A stretch of 64,000 nt of DNA from Moniliella sp. 'wahieum'. Lineage: Eukaryota. The notes beneath the pieces were generated by a model. The model saw only the letters and a program-made list of their open reading frames with translations, made no database searches and was not told where the DNA came from. The translations under genes were made by a program, and so were the position numbers. Position 1 is the stretch's first letter. Each line of letters begins with the position of its first letter. Shown here one piece after another: positions 11,886 to 24,959 of this stretch. Location: assembly GCA_003971905.1 (NCBI GenBank), contig RSEE01000003.1, positions 1-64,000 on the forward strand. The letters run 5' to 3'.

Positions 11886-12169
11886 TGAATGGAGATGGGG
11901 CGGGCAATGAAAACGTATTCCTTCTCACCTTTCCACCGCCACATTCTCCTCAGCCTTACATGCCGCCTGGAGGTCGTGGCGAATCATGTGTCCCCTTCCG
12001 TGATGCGTGAACGAGGCCGGTGGGAACTAGCGTAACACCAACAGCTCAGGCGCGCACGCCCAAGCCAGGCAGTCGATGTCGGCTGTGCTCAGCCTAATCT
12101 GGCAGCCGAAGCGGACAACCCGGCAGTTCCAATTCGGATCCATTCGAGTGGTGGAGTGCGCTGTGCCCT

Positions 12170-13785
12170 CGCCGCCGGGCAGCACAATGGTACGGCGTTG
12201 GTTCAAGGAGGCGGTCGGTCGATTGGGAAGAGTTATCATCCCGACGATTTTGCCGCGTTCAACCTGCTTGCCCTGCCGAAGGCGGGCTTGCGGGGGGCTC
12301 TTCGGCCGACGTTTGTGCCACGCTCAAGGCCTATTCGGAGGTGGCTTGGCCGCCAGCTATGGAGAAGGGCTCTGCAGAGCGCTAGCGTTCCGATGATTTG
12401 ACCTGTGCACACCGCCAGGTCAAAGAGGGAATGCTGGGGCGTGCGGCGCGCACGTTGCATCCCCCGGATGCGCGTGGTGGTTTTGGACGGAAACGGTTGA
12501 GGCCCTGGTGCAAGCACCCTGCAGGCCCGAAGAACCCGCTGGCTGGTTTGGAAATGTCGGAGCGGGCCCCGCCTGGTTTAACAGGCGACCCGCAGCGGCG
12601 GACGCCGGTGAGCCTGGTTTTGGAGTTGGATGAAAGCAGCTTTCCCGGGACGTGGGGGGAGGCGTGGGCGAATGGTCGGTCCTCTTCTCCAGTTGGCTTT
12701 AAAGCACGATGACTTTAGAGCGGCTCTCAAAGCCACGGCATTGCCATGTTTCATGGGACGTGCCCGGGTGCTCAGCTGTTGTGCACCAGTAGGTTGACGG
12801 CGCTTGCCAAGCCTGACGGCGAGTGAGACCGATCGCCTGTGGTGAGCTACTTTACCGCGTAATGGCCAAAGCACTTCTTCTTCATTTGGATGTGGCTACT
12901 CCTCTGCTCCACACGCAGTTGGGCGTCAAGTCCAAGGACGGGGTGGAGCCGATTGTGCGGCTTATGGATCGTTTGGTTAGTGGGGAAGAAAGGGACCCGG
13001 CTTGGGCCAAGTTCAACTGTGTGCTGTCGTTGGACTTTAAGAATGCGTTCAACTGGATCTACCGGGCAGCGGTGGCCCAGGCGGAGAGTGGCTATTCGTC
13101 CGAGCTCCTTCCTTTCTTTCGTTGGGCTTATGGGAAGCACACCCAGTTGGTGTTGGGTGGTGCAGGCAGCTTTGGAACCCTCCTTAGCCAGCAGGGAGTG
13201 AGGCAGGGCGACCCCTTTGGGCCCTTCTTCTTTTCTGTCGGCATCCGCAGTATGTTCGAGCAGCGCAGCGCACGTTGGGCGACGATGGGTTGGTGGTGTC
13301 CTATTGGATGTCACTTATGTATTGTCGCGCAACGCCCATGCGTTGCAGCTGGTCTCGCGTGTCGTGGCGCAGAGCAAGACGGGGCTGGAATCAACCTGAG
13401 CAAGAACGAAGACTGTCTCGACGCAGAAGTTGCGTCTGGAGGGCGGCACCTTCCTCGGCTCGTGCGTGGGTCCCAGGGAAGCTCGGCTCGCTTTTCTGCA
13501 GGCAAAGATGGAGGCTCAGACGGTGCTTTACCCCTCCTTACACGGGATGCCGCTGCAGGACCGCTTGCTCTTGTTGTGCCTGGCTCTGCAGCAAAACTGC
13601 GGCACCTGCTCCGCTCGATGCGGACAGACGACCTGGCGGACCAGCTCCACCAGATCGACGAGCAGCTCTGGCGCGAGGTGAAGGCAATCGGGGGAGCGGA
13701 TCCGAGCAAGGAGGTCGGTCAGAAGTGGCACAGGGTTCTTTTCTCCTTGCCAGCTCGTATGGGTGGCTTAGGCGTTCGGGCGCCA
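12170..13785 (+). mobile_element. Truncated, frameshifted CRE-clade non-LTR retrotransposon (Cnl1/MoTeR/SLACS-like) reverse transcriptase
   Basis: Motifs in order across frames: LLALPKAGL, VKEGMLGRAARTL, KHP, KPDG-VRPIACGELLYR, QLGV, SLDFKNAFN, WAYG, SQQGVRQGDPFGPFFFS, decayed YLDD at ~13300, INLSK, LGSCVG, KLRHLLRS, SLPARMGGLGV. No C-terminal zinc finger or restriction-like endonuclease; the sequence switches to the subtelomeric family at ~13790. The 5' limit may extend to ~11890. Confidence 0.85.
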
Positions 13786-13789
13786 ACAG

Positions 13790-16700
13790 TGGTGACATTC
13801 CGGTTGGTTCCATCCACAGCTACTGGTAAGGTGCGATTGGATATGATGCCTTCCATTGCTGTGAGACTGCTCGTACCCCTGATGAGACTGGGCTCACATC
13901 GTTCCTGTCCCCCAGGGTGGCGCCTTGGCCAAGATGGAATCGACGCTGGGATCAAGGCACACCTTGACGCGATGTGGCATATCGTCGGTCCGCTTCTGTT
14001 ACATCTGGCACACCTCTCGCGCCCCACCTGCCAGGCCGCCCTACCACCACGCCGGATTGCCAGACGTGCCAATCCCTTTTCACACTATCATGCTCGATGT
14101 ACCCACATCTGTTCATCAGGTACGAAGTCACCAAGCCTTGCTGTGGTGCAATGTACTGACCAGTGCGTTAACCAGGTGCGGATATGCCACAGGTGGAGAA
14201 TAGCCGATGGAAAAGCAAGTGATCGCCCCGCTCTCTCCAGAGGTATCGCCTCCGCATCAGGTTAAACACCCGCCAGGCAACGACAACCTCGGATGGTCGC
14301 GCGGCCGGTTTGAAAGGGGCCCGTCCCAACGTTAACCGGAGGGCGCTGCAGATGAAAACAACGGTTAAGCACTACAAGAACCTTAGGTGCAAGATAAAGG
14401 CATGGATCGAGTCATTACCAACTTCTGCCGCAATGTGGTGCAGGAATCAGGAACGCGCTTCTACAGATCGCCTCGCTCAAGCCCGCGGAATGAGGGTCAG
14501 ACATGGGAGTGTACGGCCAACAGGATGAAACGCAGGTGCCACTAGTGGTGTCCTTCGTGATGTGCTCAGCCGCGGTGCCCGCCTCTTTGGGCTTACCTAC
14601 CGATCCATGAGGGCCCAGCGCACCCACTGTGTTGGTGGGGATACCTGTACGTTGTTCATATTTTCTGCGGTGGCCCAGGTTGCTGACATTTCGCATTGTC
14701 CAGACGCAGTCGGAGCGCCCACATTCGTATAGCCGTTGCCACATCAACGTCCCTCAGCAGCCGAGCAAAGCGCCCAAGGAGAGAGTACCTCCGCTGCGCA
14801 CTTTGGCCATAGGCAGCACCATTGGCAAAGGCAAGGCACGCTTCGCACTCACCCGCGGCTGCAACAACCGCGCCAGATGGCAGCGGCGCAAGCAAACCGA
14901 GCAGCCTCGCGAGCAAACGCAACCGACCGCCTCTGCACGAGACGCGCAGCAAGGGCTGCTCCCGCCGCGGGGTTAACGTTTAACATGCGTTTGCCGCCGC
15001 GTACTTGGCGCGCCGGAAAGTTCCTCAACATTGGCCGTGGCCACCCCGTCCAACCCCCCCCCCCTCCTCGATTCCGGCCTGGCTGCGCTTGCGACCGCTT
15101 TGCCTCTCCACCACCAACACGCTCGCGTTCTACTCCGCCTGATGTCCTTGCTGTTTAACCGGACGCGTGCTCACGGGGGGGCACGCCCCTCGGGTCCGTT
15201 TTTGCTGCCCATCATTGTCGGTGCAGTACCCGAGATTGGCATCGAGAGCGCGGCTGCGTTACCGGGTCGAACGATGCGCAGGGGGGGATGCAAATCAGGC
15301 GACCCACCCATGGGTACCGTTTCGATGGTGGCGATTCCTGTACGTGTTCATACCCTTCTGCTGGAGCCCGAGTTGCTAACGTTTCCCATTAGCTGGACAC
15401 AGCTCCAGAGGAACTGCGCTCGCAACCAAGCAGCCTTTAACTCGTCGCATCCACGTCCCCCCAACCCGTTGTGCAAGGCGCCAATGCAGGGAATATTGGC
15501 AAGGGCAGGGCACGGTTCCCCCCCTCTGCGGATGCGCCAGCAGGGTAGGCCTGTACGGCTGGCGAAGAGCAGATGCTGCTCGATGCTGCTCTGTTATGCG
15601 GGACGGGCGCGTTAGAACAGGTCCGGAGCGCGCGGCTGTTCTTCATCCCCCTCGTTGGACCCCTGAGAGGATGGAGACCGGATTGATGAGCCTCACTCTC
15701 GATTGGATACTAATCATGGGTGACTGACTGCCTCGCTGGACGCGCTTGTTTATCAGGTGGACTGGTGACCACCACCTAAATGTGCCAGAGTGAATCCTCC
15801 GCCTCGCCCCTTTTGCTCGCCACTCGCACCAGGGCTGTGGCCTATTGCGACTCCCTTGTTCTCCCTTCCCCAACTCGCGACCCCACGTCTCCGCTGCCCC
15901 GCACAGACCGTCAGATTCTCTCCCACCAGAGTGGCTGGGTGTTCCTCAACATGGAAACCTCATTGATCTCCACCCAAGACTTATCGAATGGGCCCGGCCT
16001 GGCTCCAACAGCAGGTTCAAGCTCTTCTCACACTCATTCCCGGCGCAGACCGCAAAGACTCCACGATGCACAATCTCTTCCACACGGCGAGCGCATTCCT
16101 CTCCTCAAGCTTGCCGCCGCCGACCATCAGCGCCTTTCATACTAAAGACGAAACGATCATCCGCCTCTCGCCCTATTCAATACGGGGGTCATGATTCCCT
16201 CTCTGGTTTTACATGTACGATGACAACCCCCACCACACTCCTCTGGTATGATGTACTGACCGACGCGTGTGCAGGTGGAACGTACAGTCACGGGTATGCA
16301 GACGGAGATGGAAAATCAAGAGTGTCGATCACTAGGGCAAGGACATGGATCAAACCAGTGCCGCTTTTCATTTACTTGGGAGGTGTTAGTGGTTCCTGTG
16401 GACGCTGCCAAGTCATGCTTCCAGGCTCCGTCTCGTCTTGGGGCCAATATCCTACTGCTGTATTAGAGTACCTCCCCCTTGTTCTCCCACAATGGGTAGT
16501 GGTGCAGATTGTTTCCGGCAGGGCGTTTTTTCGTCGCAGAAGGCGACCAAGGCGAAGGGCCCGAGTGCAAAAAGAAAAGGTGCCAGTGTTTACGTCGCTC
16601 GGATTAAAAAAAACACAGCGTGTAAGATGTGCAAGCGCAATGTGCCAAGATCGTGGGCTCTCTTTTGGTACTAGGATCAGGCGACTGATGTTGTTGCGGG

Positions 16701-19700
16701 CGAAGATTGCGGATCTGACTCTCGCAACCCGTCCTAGATGGCCGCGCAGCAGCGCCGGTTGTTCATGTTGCGGTTTGTGCTTGCAGCCAATCCTGCCATC
16801 TGTTTCCCTCAAGCCGGAGACGCAGATCTGGCGCGCACCAAACCCCCTGCGTAGGTGGGCAGCAATACACGAGGCACAAGTCATCAGTGGCGACGATCGA
16901 GGTGGTATAGTTGGTCAATGGTAGGAGCCAGTTGGCACCCCTTTGCCTGTCGGTTTGCGCAAATCAGTCTTTTGCTATCTCATCTTGGCGTTGCCCCCCA
17001 CGCCAACGCATCGACTCGGGCAGCGAGGCGAACGTATGGGTGGACTAGGTGAATGGAAGCGAACCAGAGATCTACGAGCCTGCACCTCGTCATGGACAAG
17101 GAAGAGACGACGGTATTGCTCGCCCGCCAGCGTACGACGCTGCTGCCTGCCGTGATTCCACGGCCTTGGCTCCTGGCTGATAGAGAACGCAAAAGTGTTC
17201 AACCAGAGCTGAAGGTCGGCAGTGCCCTCAATCTAGCTTTCACGTTTCCTGACCACGAGATCACGACTGGCTCGCATCTTTGCTTCCTCTGCCGGTATGC
17301 TGCTGTCGGTAAGAAATGCAATGAGCCGGGTCCCCACCCTGAGTACCTGTAGGTCTAAAAAGGACTGACATCACTGGGTGCCGCCGTGAGCAGGTGCTCC
17401 AAAAGGACCATCTATCGTACGGCATGACCCTTTGGTTCTTCGGGGCAAGGTGTGCGATGCCTGTCATGCATCGTGTCTGCCACCTGCTCGCTGCCGCCCT
17501 CTGGCACATACACTGTGTGTAGAAAGGGGATGAATCTCTTTGTCGAGACGGAGATCAAGGCAAAACACCGCAAGTACGATTCGAGTACAACGCATTCCTC
17601 TGTTCCCTTCGTATTCCCTGTTGGTGACGACGCCCACGGGTGAGCCAAGGCTGTTTTGGCGCACTAGAAGCGGAAAACAAACGCCCGTTGCCACTGCGCA
17701 TTCACCTTACTGTTCCGACTCCTGCGCTGTACAGCCAAAGGTATAAGGATAACCCCATGCAACCGCACTGCCAGCATGAATCGACTTTTGCTTGTTTTCC
17801 TATCGACCATGTTGCTGAACCACAGCCTAGGAACCGGGCGAGGCATTCTGGACGCATTGGATGTTGCTCAAGAACGCAAAATGAGCGAGATGTGTATTCG
17901 CAGAACGTTCTGCACTGCGTGCGCCACTTTGTGGGTTCAATGTGTCCAAGGGACCTGGTGTGCCACGACTCGAAGAGCGCGGCAGATGAGCCCATTCAAC
18001 TCGGTGTGGTGGGTCTTTGTGTCCTGGCATTTGGTGTAAGGAGGTGGTTCGAACTATCAGCCTCGCCATCAGGACGCCTGTAAGAGCGTGTGGGCACACG
18101 CAAGTGGTGAGGTCAATTCAAGATCCCCATCCCTATCACGCCGCCGATTGCAAGTGCGTGGTCAAGAATGGCCGGTCAGCATGGAGGGCTGGGCGCCCCC
18201 CAAGACACGCTGCGCCCATTGTCCACTTGTCTCTGTTCTTGCTTGTGGGGCATGTTTGTTTGATGGTTGACTCTGGCTGGCGACGTGAGTGCCGGGTTCC
18301 CTGATGTTGTCTTCGTACATTCATCCTCCCAAACAGCCGGCGGCATGGAATGCATGAGACTCACACCCTATCGAACTGTGTTTCCTCTGATCCACGCCCA
18401 AGCGCAAGGGGAACGGGCGATGGTGCGTAGCGGGATGCCGATCCGGTCTCTGGGCTGGACGAGGGGGGATGGGGGCGCAGGGCGAAAAGGGGCAGTTGGT
18501 GGTGGCAAGAGGCGTGATCGCGGTGCTTCTTGCTCGTGGCTCGCAGTCGTTGGATGCCTGAGCAGGTTCAACGCAGCGCAGAAGACATCATGGCGAACAT
18601 GTCGGAGCGAATTGGAACGGGCAGCTACAGCTTTTGATGGGTCCCGCGGGCAAGTGCGCATGGTTTATTTGGAAGCCAGGCATGGATGGGTTTACGCTGG
18701 CGGTGCCAGGAACAGGTGCAGTCGTGGTCGTGGGACATTGATGGGACCGGTGCGCCATTCACCGCGGATGGAAGCACTCACTGCTGTCTTGGCGCGTAGG
18801 ACTGCCGTTACTGAGGCAGCATTGCTTCCCTTGTACTATGGCCGATCTGAAGAAGTGTTGGTGCAAGCCTCGATGTTGTTTGCTTCGTCATTGTCGCTCG
18901 CCCGCATACTATCTACCCTCTCCTTTCAGCCCAAACTCGTGAAGAATGATTTTCCAGTTTTCAGGAATATATTTGTTCCCTTTAAACGGAACACTATTGA
19001 TCAGTGTCGACGAGCCTCTCAGTGCCCCACCCCTTGCCGCCTCATCTTCGTTACTCCAGCTACGAATGCCCTTCTTGACCGGCCTATCAGGAGGTATGAT
19101 ATGGCTGTCGTCGGCATTGTTCGCGTTGGATCCCTGTTCACTTTGTGGCCAGTACTGTGCACCTTGTTGATGCCCTAACCATATGGCTCGAGTCACCGCC
19201 ATTTCCAACGTGCCAGGGATAAACTGCCACTACCTAAATGGCGGTATGATCTATGCAACACTTGGTGCGTGCATGCGTCTTTTCCTGCCTTGTCAGCCCA
19301 GGTTTGGGATGATGGCAGGGTGCCCACGCTCTCTTGTAGGGTGTGAGTTGCTGACAACCGACCGACGCGTATCGAACACCACACCAGAAGCAACTGCAGT
19401 GGGACATACGTGCTCACACAAGGAAACTGGCTGAATCAAGGGTCCTATTCCAGGAATGCGAGGTGTGCGCCGTGAGCTAACCACTTGACGATGGGCAGCC
19501 GCACCTGCAAGGGAAGGGTGCGCAACCACACTCCCTTCGGCGGGGTCTGTACAGAAGGATCTGGTTGGACTCTGACGAGGAAGGGACGTGCAAAAACAAT
19601 ATCCGACCGCCACCCGCCTGCTTCACTGGTTGTGCGTCAGCTATGCGTGGCAGCGGACTGCGTCTGGCCAACACGGCGGGTGCCTTGAAGCCCTCTGCAG

Positions 19701-19720
19701 CGTATTCCGTGGCAATGCAT
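13790..19720 (+). repeat. Subtelomeric degenerate repeat family, copy C
   Basis: Contains homologues of both copy A and copy B segments (see those entries); many stops and frameshifts. Confidence 0.8.
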
Positions 19721-21757
19721 CAGCTCTGCGGCGGCTACTACTCGCAGGAAAGGGGGGGGTCGGGGTGGTGTGGACACAAACTGGATGCCAGCGAGATCTC
19801 AGTTTTCGCATCGAGCTCCAAGCGGTCATAGGGATCGCGACAGGTTGAAAACGCAGACATCTCGTCTCTGGGGCTGGGCCGACCGGCTGTCGGGCTTTAA
19901 CCCCGCGTCTCAGTTGGTTACGACAACTATTTCGAAACGCGTCAAGAGTTTGACCCCCTCCCAGCTATCGGAGCCCAGTTTTTTTGGTTCACACCCACAT
20001 TCTGCCGCATTTTTGAGCAGCCCATGCGTAATTTCTTGTCCTGAAGCTACGAGGGGCGACCTCGAGCTGGGAGGTGGGACGCTGTCTGGCGAAATAGTAT
20101 GAGATCAGTGGTGCAACTCAACTCTGAGGGGTTGCCTGTACCGTATGTGTTGAGGAACGACGGCGGAGTGTCGTCATTAGATTGGCGATGACAGGAGGTG
20201 AAGAAGCTAATGGATCGGGGGGAAAGCCAAGAGCTATTGCTTACCAACAGAGACTGACAGGGCAGCAACGCAGTGGAGGAAGAAAGGGCGGGACAGACAA
20301 GGAACTAGGGAGCAGTTGGCATCTTTTCGCTCACAAGCTGAGAAGCCCAAAGATGATATGCTATGGCATATTGGCACACCATTTACGGAGCACCACTTTA
20401 GCTGGCTTAGCGTTTTGGCCTTATGTATCTCGTTTCTTCTCACCAGTCACTGTGACGGTAGTGATGGTGGCTGGCACAAGCAGTTCTCTTGGGACGTGAG
20501 GGTGATCGCCTGACCGGTTTGCTGCTGGACGTGGCATGCCGTAGCTCAGGGGCACTAAACCAGCTCACACCACAGCTCCTGTGCTGCATGCGAGGCCCTG
20601 CTGGACCTCCTTCTCTTCAGTAACTGTCCACCTAAGTGACCTTGTCCTAGTCGGGAACGTTCACAGGTACGGCAAGCAAATTGGTCCCAGCAAGCACCAG
20701 CTCGTCTCCGTCCACAAATCTGACCAGATCCTCTGCTCCTTCGTTCACCTCTGCACCGTGGGCGTTTCCCACCCTGTCAGGGGTGGGAAAGGGTGGAAGG
20801 TTGTACGAAAAAGGGGGTTTAGAATGGCAAACAATCGAATTGGGCAAGAAAGCGAGAGGAGGTACTGAAACAGCAAGGCGCATGTGGCTAATCGAAATTT
20901 CTGGTGTACAATCTTGTGGGCCTTGCCCACCTTGAATTTCGTACGTAGTCCTCACATATCTATCCGGAACCTTGTTACCGGCATTTTCGATTAGCTATGC
21001 GGGATCTTGCTTCGCCGTGCAAGTTGGTGACGATGATGATGCGGGAAGGCGTGGGGGGACGCGGATGGAAGAGATCGGCTTGTCAACCATACTTCTCGGG
21101 CTTGGGGACGCTTTCATAAGAGCCAGGATAAAGTAGCATAGACGCCACTCAGGTCTGTGGCGCTTGGTCCACACATTGCACCTCTCACAGTATAAGTAGG
21201 GTGTGCCCCGACTTGTGGATATACTGACTCTCTTCCAAGTTGTGCGTATACTTTTACTTCCTCCAGCAGCTCAGGCACGCCACAACCGCCTCTCCGTGTA
21301 TCAAGTCTGCCCGAGCTTGATGGGCGTGAGCGGCGCTATTGACCGTGGACGCGAGAGGGTGGGTGGTCAATCCATACGTGGTATAGTTGTTCTGCGCCGT
21401 TCCGACCCAGCGGGTACATACTCCGCACTCGTGCTTGCTCGTCTGTGTTCAGGCATGGGAACACCCATTTGCGGGGTCGCGCGGTATCCTATCCAAAGCA
21501 ATATATGCCTCTTTTTACTTCCATAATGTAGTACAATGGCACATCAATGTTCAACAAGGAGAACATGCGAGTCGGTCAACAAGGTCACACAGATGCGGAA
21601 CAGAATAGGAGGTGGGGAGAAGGTGAACACAGGAAGGCAAGGAGTACAATTTACAAAAGCAACGTTCACCCATGGCAGCCAAGCGCCCATGGCTGGTTTG
21701 CATGCCGAGAGAAACTGGGTCGGCACATTGGCGAATAAGGCTTATGGCGAATAAGGG

Positions 21758-22881
21758 TTACACGTTGAGCCATTCTGCTAGATCCACATCCTCTTTTACG
21801 AGAGACTCAGACTCGGGCGCACCCGCTTTGTCAACACCGGAGCAGACGGGCTCCGACGGGCTAGGTACCGAGTCAGTGTGGCCCCTCTTTCCTAGCGGGA
21901 GCATGATTTCAGGTGAAGAAGAAGTCAATCCCGGAAGGGGAGAGCCCATGCGGGAATAGGTAGGGGAGGATGCGGGGCCCAGCTGCATGCTGTCTCCGTC
22001 GGGGGTGAAGGGGTCAAGTGAGCCATGTCGGACGCCTCGGGGTCGGAGGATGGTTTGTCGGTCGGAATACGCACGAAAGAGACCCAAGCGTGGGACTTGC
22101 TGCGCAAAGCTGGTAAAGAACGTAGGGGGTGCCGAGGCGACAGAGGAAACCGAATGCAACGAAACTGGGGAGAGCGTGGCGGGTCGCAGTGGGAGCGCGT
22201 GGGACGGAGTGCGTGTGCGTGGTCGGCCTCGCTTGTACGACTTGAACTGTTTTGCCAATCGCAAAAGACCTGTCCGAGCAGGGGTGTTCGTTTTGGTGCG
22301 TGGGAGAATTGCACGCTCCTCGCCCAAATCATCCGTCGTTTCTCCATCGCTCTCCTCCTCCTCCCAGGGCCGAGCGGAGACCCCAAAGGGGGCCTGGAAT
22401 CGGCTCATGAATGTGTCTCGTGGCACGGGTAGCTCTCCTGTGTCGGAAGACGAGTCGGTATCTGTATCCATATCTAATGCCAACTGCTCCATTGCTTCCC
22501 CCTCCTCGTCCGCGTCGCCGGGATCGTCCCCGGCAGAGCCGTCGGTCCAGTCGCAAGCCAGCTCAAACGTGGGCGGAGGGAGGAGCGAGTCACTGTCCCA
22601 CCCAGAGGAGGAGGAGGGGCCGGCAATCGAGTGCACATGGTTGGCCGGGGCCAAGAAAAAGGGCGAGGCCTGCAGCTTGGCGGACCACGGTTGGAATTGG
22701 AACGATGGGTGGACGGATGGAGCTGTGACTGATGAACAGAGGCGACGGAGTGGGTTAGTCACACGGTTGCATTGCGGCGATGGACGGAAGGCAAGGGAAT
22801 GGAGGAGCACAGGGGCGGGAAAGGGGCGGACTGTGCCGGGAGCTACTACTCACGCGCAGACGAGGGCTGTGGCAGCGACAT
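21758..22881 (-). CDS. Hypothetical low-complexity (Ser/Pro/acidic) protein, ~332 aa, one intron
   Basis: ATG at 22881; intron 22853-22729 with GTGAGT donor, GACTAAC branch point and CAG acceptor joins MSLPQPSSAL in frame to the long ORF ending KEDVDLAEWLNV-stop. Confidence 0.75.
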
Positions 22882-23047
22882 GGTGGTGGGGCGGAGCGCA
22901 GGGGGGGGGCAAGCCCGGCCTTAGGACCAAGCAGAGATGCTCTGAGGGAAATATACCAGGCGCCCTGCCCCCGCCCGACCACACCACGCTACCCTACACA
23001 CACACCACATCACACCACACCACACCACACCATTGTGCCCAGCAGCG

Positions 23048-24270
23048 GACGCGTGACGCGTGACGACAGCACCCACGGAGCGGTGATGCGGTCGAAATGG
23101 ATGCGTGACGGCACGCCATGGCAACGCACCAGCCAGCCCCTCGGGCGCTGCCCCCGTGCGGGCCACCCCTCGGGCCCCAGCACGTCCAACACAAGGCCAC
23201 CAGGGATACTGGTCCTGTGCCGCATCACGCGGGCCCCATCGTTCGCCCCACTTGTCCCCGCACTGGCCGGATGCCAGCGTGGGCGAGCCAGCACTGCGCC
23301 GGCGGCGCTGGTTTTCGGTCGCGTTCTGTTAGGATTCGTATCTGAGACACAGCCTACGCTTGTTTCCAGCGTCGAGGTGACCGGTGAAGCTTGAAGCTTG
23401 AAGCTTCAAGCTTCAACTCAACGTACCTTTCAACACGGGAAGCTTCAAGTGCTTGACGCCTCACGCGATCCAGGTCGCTTTCTGCGTCCGCTGCTGCGTG
23501 TCGTGCTTCGCTCGTCTCTTTTTCGCTGCCGATGCGATCCATGATTGCGCGCGGGCCAGCTCACTTCGCCTGGCCACTGGGCGGGGGGGGGGAACCACCA
23601 CTCACTCCCTTGGCCTCAAGCTTGAGTTGAGGTGTCAGCATGGCGGGCAGCTGCCGGCGCTTCCCCCCTCGGCCTCAGAATCGTCGGTCATCGATGCAGT
23701 GTTTGTTATTAAAGGCTGGGTAGGCCTGGGCAGCCGGCACTAGGCTCTGCTGCTCCAGGACATGGGGCATGCATTCCTGACGCCTGGCTAGTGACTAGTG
23801 ACTAGTGACTAGTGGCTAGCGGACCAGCTGACGCGTGACGCGCGCGTGACGGCCAATTTAATCCACCCTGCCAAAACAGGCAGCCACGCACCATGCATCA
23901 TGCGCGTCATACCATCGAACCCTTTCTGTCGTTGCTTCGATCACTTCGATCACTCGATCACGCTCCTCCGGATCAGACACTGGCCCTCCGCCGTCCGCCT
24001 GCCATATAGCCCTCCCACCCGCTTCCACAAGTGCCCCCCCCCCCTCGCCCACTGCCCCCCAGCAGCTGCCTGGGCCATCAGCCAACCGGAGGCCATATGG
24101 CGTCCATCGCGTCCATCGCGTCCATCGCTTCTGGCGTCCACGGCGCGACAGGTGCCAGTTTCCACAGCATGATAAATCCCAACACACCCAACCAACCATC
24201 TCGGTACTCGGAATATTGGCAACCAAAACACCTTACATTTACAGAGGATCATCGATCACCGATCGATCAT
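23048..24270. promoter_or_regulatory. Intergenic cluster of 7-bp-period T(G/C)A + 4-nt palindrome arrays
   Basis: e.g. 23378-23415 TGA-CCGG-TGA-AGCT-TGA-AGCT-TGA-AGCT-TCA-AGCT-TCA; 23788-23819 (CTAG-TGA)n; 23829-23842 TGA-CGCG-TGA-CGCG. The pattern is directly seen; the regulatory role is inferred from position. Confidence 0.5.
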
Positions 24271-24959
24271 TGCATCAATATTCAATCCGCTTGAGACTGG
24301 AGTTCACTGCAACTTGTGGGGTAACTGAGGCCAATGTGCGCCGGAGGCCGCCGTGGATCCATCCATTCCGTATTCACTTGCCTCACAAAAAACGCACTGT
24401 ACAGGTATGGCTGCGCCGCGGACACAGAGCGCTCCGACGCGCAGCAGCTAGAGGGCTGGTCCAACGGTAGCCTACGGTAGCAAGAAGCCGGAACGAGGCG
24501 ACGAAAAGAGGGAAGGATGTGGCGGTGGTGCGGAAACGAGCAGCACGACTTGAGCAGAAAGGAGATGGGAGACAGCGGGGGTACGTCCGCTGAGCAGAGG
24601 AAGGTGTTGAATGACTAGCTTGACTCGACTCCATGAACAAAGTCACAAAGATGATGCTCTCTCGCATTCAAGTGTGAAGCTCGTTCGTTAAGCTTTTTTC
24701 AAGTCTGTGGTGTCCGCAAAGCGCTACTAGAAACGCCAGAGTGAGAGGCATTCCAGAGGCCCGAGTCAGGCCGGTTGAGGAGCTTGCACCGCTCTCAACG
24801 AGGGAACGCCAAATCTGGTCGTGTGTTCTCTCTTTATCTACATCCCCGCACTAGGGTCCCAACTACTTGGCCTCCCTTGCGTTTCACAGTGTTCGCGCGC
24901 TCAAGCGAAATCATTGGGACCATTGTGCGCGGAAACCGGTAGGCCTTCAATCCTCTCTC

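Noticed and set aside
12823..14265. 480-aa ORF as an intact reverse transcriptase
   Set aside because: Chimeric: it leaves the RT frame around the decayed YLDD motif and runs into unrelated subtelomeric family sequence after ~13790.
1200..20000. Telomere-linked RecQ helicase (TLH/USHER-type)
   Set aside because: No Walker A, DEAH or other helicase motifs seen in any listed frame.
19900..21700. Possible gene remnants between the subtelomere and the first gene
   Set aside because: Only short ORFs with no recognisable motif or consistent splice structure.
21987..23063. Long plus-strand ORF, and similar Arg/Gly/Ala-rich ORFs at 53809-55759, 42098-43120 and 37089-38405
   Set aside because: Antisense or off-frame shadows of real GC-rich genes (37089-38405 only partly overlaps the true CSC1 frame); no domain signal of their own.
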